Assembly: GCA_026705465.1 (NCBI GenBank)
Contig: JAPPAP010000025.1
Span: 429,566-493,565 of the forward strand
From: a bacterium
GTDB lineage: Bacteria > Actinomycetota > Acidimicrobiia > Acidimicrobiales > Bin134
Length of the DNA stretch: 64,000 nucleotides
Direction of reading: 5' to 3'
Shown: positions 49,369 through 57,313 of the stretch, in pieces
How positions within the stretch are numbered: position 1 is the stretch's first letter
Layout of the letters: the number at the start of each line of letters is the position of its first letter
The notes under the pieces: model-generated
What the model saw: only the letters and a program-made list of their open reading frames with translations
Database searches by the model: none
Told to the model about the DNA's origin: nothing
Position numbers and translations under genes: made by a program

Positions 49369-50606
49369 TCCGGACTACTGGTGCGCTATGGATGCCGTTT
49401 ACTTCGGCGGGCGGTAGCAGCCCGCCGGTGGTGGTGGCCGGAGACGGCAACTTCGTGGAAACCGAAGATGGCGCTCGACTACTTGACGCCACGGCTGGCG
49501 GGGTGGCCTGTGTGATCTTGGGCCATGGCCGAACCGAGATCGCCGACGCGGTAGCCGACCAACTCCGCACTCTCGAATACCACTGCCTTTTCGGGTACAG
49601 CCATCCTCGGGCTCAGGAATTGGCCGAATCGGTGTCGGCCCGAACTCCTGGCGACTTGAATCACGTCTTTTTCACCAACTCCGGTTCTGAGGCAGTGGAG
49701 ACTGCCTTGAAGATGGCCCGCGGCTATTGGCGTCGGATGGGCCAGGGGTCGAAGACCGGGTTCGTGTCACTGCATCGGGGATACCACGGCATGAACCTGG
49801 GCGGGATCTCGGTGGGCGGCCTTACCGAAAATCGATCAGGTTTCGGGCCGCTTCTCGAGGGTTGTAGCCAGGTACCGGCGCACGATATCGACGCCTTGGA
49901 GCAAGAGCTGGCCTACCGCGACCCCAGCACTGTTGCCGCGGTGATTATGGAGCCGGTGCAAGCGGCCGGCGGTGTTTATCCGCCACCGGAGAATTACTTG
50001 TCCCAGGTCAGGGAGATGTGCGATCGCCTGGATGTGCTGCTGATGTTGGACGAGGTGGTCTGTGGATTCGGGCGGCTCGGCCATTGGTTCGGCGGCCACC
50101 GCTATGGGGTGGTTCCTGACATCATGACCGTGGCCAAAGGGCTGACGTCCGCGTATATCCCCATGGGAGCGGCCGTTGCCGGCAGCCGGGTTCACGAGGT
50201 GTTCGTTGATCCCGAAGGGTCGATTGAGCTGATGCACGGCTATACCTACAGTGGCCATCCCGCCGCCTGTGTCGCCGGCCTCAAGGTGATCGAGATTCTT
50301 GAGCGGGAGGCCCTGATAGACCACAGCCGCGACACCGGCCGACATCTGCAAGAGCGGATCGCCGCGCTGGATTCCTTGGCGGCGGTGGCCGAAGTCCGAG
50401 GCGAGGGGATGTTGGCCGCCGTTGAGCTGTCCGTCGACAGCCCCGAGCCCGTGGTGGCTGAGGCCCAGCGGCGCATCCAATCGGCCGGGGTGCTGGTGCG
50501 GGCTCAAGCCGACCACTTGGGCGTCTACCCGCCCTTCACTTTCACAGCCGCAGAGGTCGACCGAGTGGTCGACACCATTGGAACGGTGTTGGAGGAGATG
50601 TCGTGA
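49365..50606 (+). CDS. Class III (omega-type) PLP aminotransferase
   Basis: It has LWMPFT, SGSEAVE, LMLDEV, and the PLP lysine in TVAKGLTS. The start is GTG at 49365 (GTGA overlap) or GTG at 49341. Confidence 0.88.
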   Translation: MIRTTGALWMPFTSAGGSSPPVVVAGDGNFVETEDGARLLDATAGGVACVILGHGRTEIADAVADQLRTLEYHCLFGYSHPRAQELAESVSARTPGDLNHVFFTNSGSEAVETALKMARGYWRRMGQGSKTGFVSLHRGYHGMNLGGISVGGLTENRSGFGPLLEGCSQVPAHDIDALEQELAYRDPSTVAAVIMEPVQAAGGVYPPPENYLSQVREMCDRLDVLLMLDEVVCGFGRLGHWFGGHRYGVVPDIMTVAKGLTSAYIPMGAAVAGSRVHEVFVDPEGSIELMHGYTYSGHPAACVAGLKVIEILEREALIDHSRDTGRHLQERIAALDSLAAVAEVRGEGMLAAVELSVDSPEPVVAEAQRRIQSAGVLVRAQADHLGVYPPFTFTAAEVDRVVDTIGTVLEEMS

Positions 50607-51130
50607 CGTTCGACCGGGTGGACTCGATTTTGAAACAGTGGGCCAGCGAACGCCCCGATTTGGATGCCTCGCCCATCGGGATCTTCGGGCGGATCTCTCG
50701 CATAGACCGCTTGTTCGAGCAGTCCATGGCCGAATTCCTCCGCCCCTATGGCCTCACTTTGGGATTGTTTGACGTGCTGGCTGCGTTACGGCGCAGCGGC
50801 GAGCCGTTTGAGGTCAAGCCGAGTGATCTGGCGGCCATGACCATGCTCACCTCCGGGGGCATGACCGGGCGACTGGACCAACTTGAGAAGCTGAACTTGG
50901 TTCGCCGGGTTCCCGACCCTGATGACCGCCGGGTCATGCTGGCCCGGCTCAGCCCGGAGGGCCGAGATCTGATCGACCGGCTGATGGGCGAGCACCTGGA
51001 ACGAGAGCGCACCCGGCTGGAGTGGTTGCACGACGGGGAGTCAGAGGATTTCGCTGGTTATCTACGCAAATTAGAGGCGTCCCTGCGCTCTCTCGATGGG
51101 CAAATGCAGAGGGAAGACCGAGCTGACTAG
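50603..51130 (+). CDS. MarR family transcriptional regulator
   Basis: 175 aa. The winged-helix region LTSGGMTGRLDQLEKLNLVRRVPDPDDRRV is present. A GTGA overlap links it to the aminotransferase gene. Confidence 0.88.
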   Translation: MTFDRVDSILKQWASERPDLDASPIGIFGRISRIDRLFEQSMAEFLRPYGLTLGLFDVLAALRRSGEPFEVKPSDLAAMTMLTSGGMTGRLDQLEKLNLVRRVPDPDDRRVMLARLSPEGRDLIDRLMGEHLERERTRLEWLHDGESEDFAGYLRKLEASLRSLDGQMQREDRAD

Positions 51131-51546
51131 GAGGCGGTGAAGCACCAGGAAATGGTGTCGGCTTCGGCGGGGCCGACTTCGTGGCGCCAATAGGCCACCA
51201 AGGCGCAGTTCTGTTCGGCTCGGAGCCGTTCAATCACCTTGCCCTGGTCAGGGCGGAAGGTGTAGCGGTTGAGATTGGGCAGATGGCGTACCTGCTCTGG
51301 GGGGATGTCCACCCCGTTGATGGTCAGCCGGGCCTCGTAGCCGGCGGCCAAATCGATACCCACAGTTTCTTGAGAGAGCACTTCAGCGCTGCGAGGAGGT
51401 ATGAGCTCGTCTACGGCAGCATTGCCGGTCACGGTCACATCGTTGTTGTCGGTGTCGGCCAGCAGCAGGGCCAGAAGGATGGCCACAGCCCCCATCAGGG
51501 CGGCGAGCCCCAATAGCACCCGGCGCAGAATGACCGACTCCAGCAC
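51127..51546 (-). CDS. Hypothetical membrane-anchored protein
   Basis: 139 aa with a single N-terminal TM segment (LLGLAALMGAVAILLALLL). I recognised no motif. Confidence 0.45.
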   Translation of the reverse strand: MLESVILRRVLLGLAALMGAVAILLALLLADTDNNDVTVTGNAAVDELIPPRSAEVLSQETVGIDLAAGYEARLTINGVDIPPEQVRHLPNLNRYTFRPDQGKVIERLRAEQNCALVAYWRHEVGPAEADTISWCFTAS

Positions 51547-51676
51547 TCATCCAGTGTGCCCGCTGGCCGAGGCCGGAGACACCCTGAGTGGCGCAGAACT
51601 GCTTGATTCGCCAAGTACCCTCAAGGCGTGTCCCAAGGCAGCGGGGAGGCCGGAGTCCCATCACTAGAGAGGCGAG

Positions 51677-53620
51677 ATGCCTGACCGCGTGTCCAAGGGC
51701 GGCGGCGAGATCGGCCGAGTTCTGGGGGGGCGCTACCGGCTCGTAACCCATATTGGTACCGGCCGATTCACCAACGTGTACCTCGCCTACGACCTGTCTC
51801 AGTCACGCCGAGTGGCGGTCAAGCTGCTGTCTGAGAACGTCCTGCCCGACGGGTGGGCCAGGGACGGCGCCTTTACCAACCGTTTCCTGGAGGCTGCCGA
51901 AGAAGCTGCCGCGGTGAGGCATCCCCATGTGATGGCTGCCCACAACTGGGGGGACTCCGATCTCGGCCTCTATGTGGTGAGCGACTACATGGAGGGCGGG
52001 AGCCTGCTGGGGATGCTGGATGCCGGTCATCTGCTGTCTCCATCGCAGGTTCTCATGATCGGCTTGGACGCTGCTCGCGGATTGGAGCACATCCACAGTG
52101 AGGGAATCATCCACGGGGACATTCGGCCCTCCAACATCTTGTTCTCGCGCCGGGGCCGAGCCCGACTGGCTGATCTGGGCACATCGTGGGCCTTGACTTC
52201 ATCTGAGACTGGGGGAGCGCTGATGGCCCGATCGGTCTTTTCGGCCATCGACGCGGTGCGCTACGCATCCCCGGAGCAAGCCCAGGGTCTCACCCCCGAC
52301 CACAAGAGCGACGTTTATTCCCTGGTTCTGGTATTGACCGAGGCGCTGTCGGGCCGGGTGCCGTTCGAGTCTGACGACCCCGAGTACACCCAGATGGCCA
52401 AGATGAGCCGACAGCTCGACCTGGTCGGCCAATTCGGCCGCCTGGGCCGGGTATTGGAGCAGGCGGGACGACCGGAGCGCGACGAGCGTCCCGCTGCTCG
52501 CGATCTCGGCCATGGGTTGCTGGCCGCGGCAGAGACACTTCCCCGTCCGGCCCCGCTTCCCCTGACCAAGCCGGGGCCGGAGATTCCCGATACCGGTGAA
52601 TCCGCGGCCGCGGTTGTATCCGACCGACACCCCGCCGAGACCGCTCCGAAGGCAAGAGGCCGCTCGCCGTCTCGAAGGGACCGTTCGGTATCTCAGGATG
52701 GCCGCTCGCCGTCTCGAAGGCTGCTGGCAGTGGTGGTGGTGCTCGTGCTGTTGGCCGCGGCGGGATTCGGGGCCTACGCCCTTTGGGACAGCCAATTCGG
52801 TACCGACACCCAGCCGGTGCCCGACCTGGCCGAGGCTGGCGAAGCCAACCTGTTCCGCATCGTGAGCGAATCGGGCTGGGCGCTGGAACGCCTCGAAAGA
52901 CGCCAAGACGGTACCGTGGCTGGGGAGATACTCGATCAGGCGCCGCCAGCGGGAACTGACCTCAAGCGGGGGGAAACCGTCACCGTGTGGGTGTCTTTGG
53001 GTCCCGAGCTGGTTGTCATTCCCAGTAACCTCATCGGCCTGGCCGTGGAGGACGCCGAAGTGTCGCTGGCCGCGGTGGGGCTGTTGGTGGGGGATGTGGC
53101 CGAGCGCTTCGACGAGACCGCGATCCCAGGGGTGGTTATCGAGGTGGATGAGTTGTTCTCCGAAGTCGAGCCGGGCAGCAGCGTGGACTTGGTGGTCTCG
53201 CTTGGGGCTGAGCCCCGTGTCGTGCCGGACATCACCCCGGGCTCATCGCTTGCTGTAGCTCGGGAGCGGTTGGAGGCTCTCGGCCTGGGCGTCCTCGAGT
53301 GGCAGGTGCCGGACAATGTGGTGGAAGCTGGCCGCGTCGTGAGGATAGAACCCCTGGCGGGAACTGAGGTCGCCGCCAGCTCGGTAGTCACGGTGGTGGT
53401 CTCAGACGGGCCGGAGCAAGTCCGAGTGCCATTCCTCGCCACTCTCGGAGTAGGGGAGGCTTCGAACGCCCTTGAGCAAGCCGGTCTCTGCGTCGGCGTG
53501 GTGGAGGGTCCGCTGGATTCCGAGATTTTGGCGTCCAACCCGCCCGCCGACACCGTGGTGGACTTTGGAACCTGCGTGGATTTGATTACTCGGCCCGCAG
53601 AGGAGCAGGAAGAGGGCTAG
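51677..53620 (+). CDS. Ser/Thr protein kinase with transmembrane segment and four extracellular PASTA repeats (divergent catalytic motifs)
   Basis: 647 aa. The kinase has VAVK, HGDIRPSN, DLG, and SPE. The TM segment is LLAVVVVLVLLAAAGFGAYALW. Four PASTA-like repeats of about 65 aa follow. Confidence 0.88.
   Translation: MPDRVSKGGGEIGRVLGGRYRLVTHIGTGRFTNVYLAYDLSQSRRVAVKLLSENVLPDGWARDGAFTNRFLEAAEEAAAVRHPHVMAAHNWGDSDLGLYVVSDYMEGGSLLGMLDAGHLLSPSQVLMIGLDAARGLEHIHSEGIIHGDIRPSNILFSRRGRARLADLGTSWALTSSETGGALMARSVFSAIDAVRYASPEQAQGLTPDHKSDVYSLVLVLTEALSGRVPFESDDPEYTQMAKMSRQLDLVGQFGRLGRVLEQAGRPERDERPAARDLGHGLLAAAETLPRPAPLPLTKPGPEIPDTGESAAAVVSDRHPAETAPKARGRSPSRRDRSVSQDGRSPSRRLLAVVVVLVLLAAAGFGAYALWDSQFGTDTQPVPDLAEAGEANLFRIVSESGWALERLERRQDGTVAGEILDQAPPAGTDLKRGETVTVWVSLGPELVVIPSNLIGLAVEDAEVSLAAVGLLVGDVAERFDETAIPGVVIEVDELFSEVEPGSSVDLVVSLGAEPRVVPDITPGSSLAVARERLEALGLGVLEWQVPDNVVEAGRVVRIEPLAGTEVAASSVVTVVVSDGPEQVRVPFLATLGVGEASNALEQAGLCVGVVEGPLDSEILASNPPADTVVDFGTCVDLITRPAEEQEEG
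52658..52720 (+). repeat. 21-bp perfect direct repeat (period 42) in the kinase juxtamembrane region
   Basis: ggccgctcgccgtctcgaagg occurs at 52658-52678 and 52700-52720. It encodes GRSPSRR twice. Confidence 0.9.
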
Positions 53621-53623
53621 CAG

Positions 53624-54055
53624 TCAGTCCTCTTCGAGCGCGGTGAGCGCTCGAAGCCGGGACTGGGCCTGGCGGGCGAAAGCAGCCTGCTCGTCGGTCA
53701 TGCCCTCTCCGAACAGGATGAGGACTAGGGCCAGGTCGCCGTCCACCCGCAGGGCACCGGAGAGAAAGCCGTGGGCCACGATGTCGGGGTCGTCGGTGAC
53801 GAAGGCAGCCAGGGCCGCGGGATAGTCGAGGATCACGGTGGCATCGGGATCATCCAGACTGCCCGGAATCGGCAGCGGCCCTCCGGCCTCGGTGTCGATG
53901 TAGGCCCGGAACTGGCCGTCGCCGAAGGGGGTGTCGGTGACAACCAGATTGACTTGGGCGGCGTGAATGGGATCGGGTGCGGCCGATGCCAGATCTTCTC
54001 GCAGCGCCAGCGCAGCCTCGATCCACTCTGGGCTGAGAAATGGATGCGACCCCAT
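53624..54055 (-). CDS. SCP2 sterol-carrier-like domain protein
   Basis: The start was refined to MGSHPFLSPEWIEAALAL. The string DATVILDYPAALAAFVTDD...FLSGALRVDGDLALV fits the SCP2 pattern. Confidence 0.6.
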   Translation of the reverse strand: MGSHPFLSPEWIEAALALREDLASAAPDPIHAAQVNLVVTDTPFGDGQFRAYIDTEAGGPLPIPGSLDDPDATVILDYPAALAAFVTDDPDIVAHGFLSGALRVDGDLALVLILFGEGMTDEQAAFARQAQSRLRALTALEED

Positions 54056-54121
54056 CCCGGCAACGTATCGCTGTTGGGGCAAGGGCAAAGCGAAAGTTGA
54101 GCGGTACGATGTCGCTTCGGT

Positions 54122-54427
54122 ATGGGGCAGCAACGCATCACCCGGGCTGAATGCGCCCACGTGGCCGCTTTGGCCCGCCTAGAGCTGACCGACGAAGAGC
54201 TAGAGCGGTTCACCGGCCAACTCGATGAGCTTCTGGACCATGTGGCTGAGGTGGAGGCGCTCGACGTGGGGGGGCTTGCCCCGACAATGCACGCTCTTCC
54301 CATCGCCAATGTGCTTCGCCCGGATGTTGTGGGCGAAGTACTCGACCGAGATGAGGTGCTTGCTGGGGCCCCGTTGGCCGAGGATGGCCAGTTCCGGGTT
54401 CCCCCGGTGTTGGGGGAGGCGCCGTGA
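54122..54427 (+). CDS. gatC: Asp/Glu-tRNA amidotransferase subunit C
   Basis: 101 aa. It has VAALARLELTDEELERFTGQLDELLDHV and lies upstream of gatA and gatB. Confidence 0.93.
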   Translation: MGQQRITRAECAHVAALARLELTDEELERFTGQLDELLDHVAEVEALDVGGLAPTMHALPIANVLRPDVVGEVLDRDEVLAGAPLAEDGQFRVPPVLGEAP

Positions 54428-55839
54428 CGGCGGTCGAGATCGCGGCCGCGGTGAGGTCTGGACAGCGTTTGGCTCGCTCAGTGGTCGATGAGCATTTGGG
54501 CGCCATTGAAGCAGGCGAGGCTGACGTCCATGCCTTCAATCTGGTGATCGCAGACCAGGCCCGAACTCGAGCTGACGAGATCGATGGCGCGGTGGCCGCG
54601 GGCAAAGACCCCGGTCCGCTGGCCGGAGTCCCGGTGGCCCTCAAGGACAACATGTGCACGCGAGGGCTGGCCACCACCTGCTCCTCTCGCATTCTGGAGG
54701 GTTGGGAACCCCCATACGACGCCACCGTCGTGAAGCAGCTTCACAACGCGGGCGCAATTTTGGTGGGCAAGACCAACATGGACGAGTTCGCCATGGGCAG
54801 CTCCACCGAGAACTCGGCATTCGGCCCCACTCGGAATCCCTGCGACCTCAGCCGAGTGCCGGGGGGCTCGTCGGGAGGCAGCGCCGCCGCGGTGGCGGCC
54901 GGATTCGCCCCGGTGGCGTTGGGCAGCGACACTGGAGGGTCGATTCGCCAGCCTGCCGCGCTGTGCGGGGTGGTCGGCGTCAAGCCCACCTATGGTCTGG
55001 TGTCTCGCTACGGCCTAGTGGCGTTCGCATCGTCTTTGGACCAGATCGGACCGTTCACCACCACGGTGGCCGACTCAGCGGCTGTCCTTGACGTGATCAG
55101 TGGTCCCGACGGCCGTGACTCAACCAGTATCGGGGAGCCTCAGCCCCCGGTGTCCGACACGCTGGGCGACGGGGTAGATGGACTCCGGATAGGGGTGTTG
55201 GCCGAGCTGAGCGGCGACGGCATCGCTCCCGACGTGGCTGCCCGATTGCAGGCCGCAGTGGGAGCACTCACCTCGGCTGGGGCTCGAGTGGCCGAGGCCA
55301 GTGCGCCGGCCGCGGTCTACGGGCTGTCGGCCTACTACCTGATAGCTCCTGCTGAGGCGTCCAGTAACCTGGCCCGCTACGACGGGGTCCGCTACGGACT
55401 GCGGGTGGATGCCTCCAGCACTCCCGACATGAACACCGCCACCCGCTCGGCCGGCTTCGGCGACGAGGTCAAGCGCCGCATCATGATCGGCACCTACGCC
55501 CTGTCAGCCGGGTACTACGACGCTTACTACGGCAAGGCCCAGAAGGTCCGCACGCTCATCATCAACGATTTCGCATCGGTGTGGGAGCAGTTCGACCTGC
55601 TGGTGAGCCCCACCTCGCCCACCACGGCGTTTTCACTGGGCGAGCGCACCGCCGACCCTATGGCTATGTACATGAGCGATGTCTGCACCGTGCCGGTGAA
55701 CCTCACCGGCCAAGCGGCCATGTCGGTGCCCTACGGGGTGGGCGACGATGGATTGCCAGTGGGCGTGCAGATTTTGGCCCCCGCACTGGGTGAGCCGATC
55801 ATGTTCCGGGCCGCCGCGGTGCTGGAAGCGAGCTTGTGA
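54424..55839 (+). CDS. gatA: Asp/Glu-tRNA amidotransferase subunit A
   Basis: 471 aa. It has the amidase signature GGSSGGSAAAVAA and KDN...T. Confidence 0.95.
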   Translation: MTAVEIAAAVRSGQRLARSVVDEHLGAIEAGEADVHAFNLVIADQARTRADEIDGAVAAGKDPGPLAGVPVALKDNMCTRGLATTCSSRILEGWEPPYDATVVKQLHNAGAILVGKTNMDEFAMGSSTENSAFGPTRNPCDLSRVPGGSSGGSAAAVAAGFAPVALGSDTGGSIRQPAALCGVVGVKPTYGLVSRYGLVAFASSLDQIGPFTTTVADSAAVLDVISGPDGRDSTSIGEPQPPVSDTLGDGVDGLRIGVLAELSGDGIAPDVAARLQAAVGALTSAGARVAEASAPAAVYGLSAYYLIAPAEASSNLARYDGVRYGLRVDASSTPDMNTATRSAGFGDEVKRRIMIGTYALSAGYYDAYYGKAQKVRTLIINDFASVWEQFDLLVSPTSPTTAFSLGERTADPMAMYMSDVCTVPVNLTGQAAMSVPYGVGDDGLPVGVQILAPALGEPIMFRAAAVLEASL

Positions 55840-57290
55840 TGAACGCCAACACCCTCGACGTACCAGGATTGGGCGCCCCAGCCGACACCGAGTGGGAAAC
55901 GGTGGTGGGTTTGGAGGTTCACGCCGAGTTGGCCACTGAGACCAAGCTGTTCAGCGCCAGCCCCAACCAGTTCGGAGGCGAGCCCAATACCCACATCGAC
56001 CCGGTGTCGCTCGGTTTGCCCGGTTCGCTCCCCGTCCTCAACCAGAAGGCGGTAGAGCTGGCCATCCGGGTGGGCTTGGCCCTCAACTGCCGGATTCAGC
56101 CATCGGTGTTCGCCCGGAAGAACTACTTCTACCCCGACATGCCCAAGGACTTCCAGATCAGCCAGTACGACGAGCCCATCAACGTGGAGGGCTGGCTGGA
56201 GTTGCCCTCGGGAAAGCGCATCGGCGTCGAACGAGCCCATCTGGAGGAGGACACCGGCAAGACCGTCCATATCGGCGGGGGAGGACGCATACACGAGGCC
56301 GGGTACTCGTTAGTGGACTACAACCGAGCCGGGGTACCGCTGATCGAGATCGTGGGCCGGCCCGAACTGCGATCGGCGGAGGAAGCCCGCCAGTACGTGG
56401 CCGAACTGCGGGCCATTTTGGTGGCGGTGGGGGCCTCGGACGGCAAGATGGAGGAGGGGTCGCTTCGGGTGGACTGCAATGTGTCGGTGCGACCGGCAGG
56501 GAGTGACCAACTGGGTACCCGGTGCGAGATCAAGAACGTGAACTCGCTGCGCTCGATGGGCCGGGCCATCGAGTATGAGGCCAACCGCCAAATCGACCTG
56601 CTGACCAGCGGCCAACCGGTGGAGCAGCAAACCCGGCATTGGAACGAGGACGACGGCCGCACCCACGCGCTGCGCTCCAAGGAGGAGGACTACGACTACC
56701 GCTATTTCCCCGAGCCCGATCTGCTGCCGCTCGACCCCAGCACAAAGTGGGTGGAGGAGATCCGCCAAGGGTTGCCTCCGCTTCCCCGAGACCGCCGGCT
56801 TCGGCTGGCCGAGGCGGCTCCGTCGGTGGATGTGGACCACATCGGGTTGGCCGTCGAGCGCTCGATGGACGAACTGGCGATGGTCGCAATCGGTGGGGGA
56901 GGGTCACCCGAGCGGGTGATGACCCATATCGTCCACAACCTGGCCGACGGGTTTGGGGAGCTAGCCGCAGAAGCGCTGGCCGATCTGGTCCAGATGGAGG
57001 AAGCGGGCGAGTTGACCGCTACCCAGGCCAAGAAGGTGCTGGGGGCATTGGTGGACGGAGGGGGGTCCCCCCGGGAAGCGGCCCAGGCGCTGGGCTTCGA
57101 GGCCATGAACACCGGCGAGCTGGAGGCTCTGGTGGACAAGCTCATCGCCGACCACCCCGAGGAGTGGACTCGCTTCTGCGAAGGTGATGCCAAGCTCACA
57201 GGCTTCTTCGTCGGTCAGGTGATGAAAGCCACCCAAGGCCGAGCCGACGGCAAAGCCGTGACCCAGTTACTCAACGCCCGCCGCGGGTAG
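55836..57290 (+). CDS. gatB: Asp/Glu-tRNA amidotransferase subunit B
   Basis: 484 aa. It has VGLEVHAEL, NYFYPDMPKDFQISQYD, and a C-terminal YqeY-like domain. Confidence 0.95.
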   Translation: MMNANTLDVPGLGAPADTEWETVVGLEVHAELATETKLFSASPNQFGGEPNTHIDPVSLGLPGSLPVLNQKAVELAIRVGLALNCRIQPSVFARKNYFYPDMPKDFQISQYDEPINVEGWLELPSGKRIGVERAHLEEDTGKTVHIGGGGRIHEAGYSLVDYNRAGVPLIEIVGRPELRSAEEARQYVAELRAILVAVGASDGKMEEGSLRVDCNVSVRPAGSDQLGTRCEIKNVNSLRSMGRAIEYEANRQIDLLTSGQPVEQQTRHWNEDDGRTHALRSKEEDYDYRYFPEPDLLPLDPSTKWVEEIRQGLPPLPRDRRLRLAEAAPSVDVDHIGLAVERSMDELAMVAIGGGGSPERVMTHIVHNLADGFGELAAEALADLVQMEEAGELTATQAKKVLGALVDGGGSPREAAQALGFEAMNTGELEALVDKLIADHPEEWTRFCEGDAKLTGFFVGQVMKATQGRADGKAVTQLLNARRG

Positions 57291-57313
57291 CGCTGGGCAG
57301 ACAGACCACTAGG

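Noticed and set aside
36695-50606. The idea that cupin, class II aldolase-fold protein and aminotransferase represent a methionine-salvage (MtnD/MtnB/MtnE) cluster.
   Set aside because: No MtnA, MtnK or MtnC equivalents are present. The cupin shows only generic cupin motifs. The remaining genes (GMC oxidase, Mo-hydroxylase, sugar ABC transporter, LLM) do not fit that pathway.
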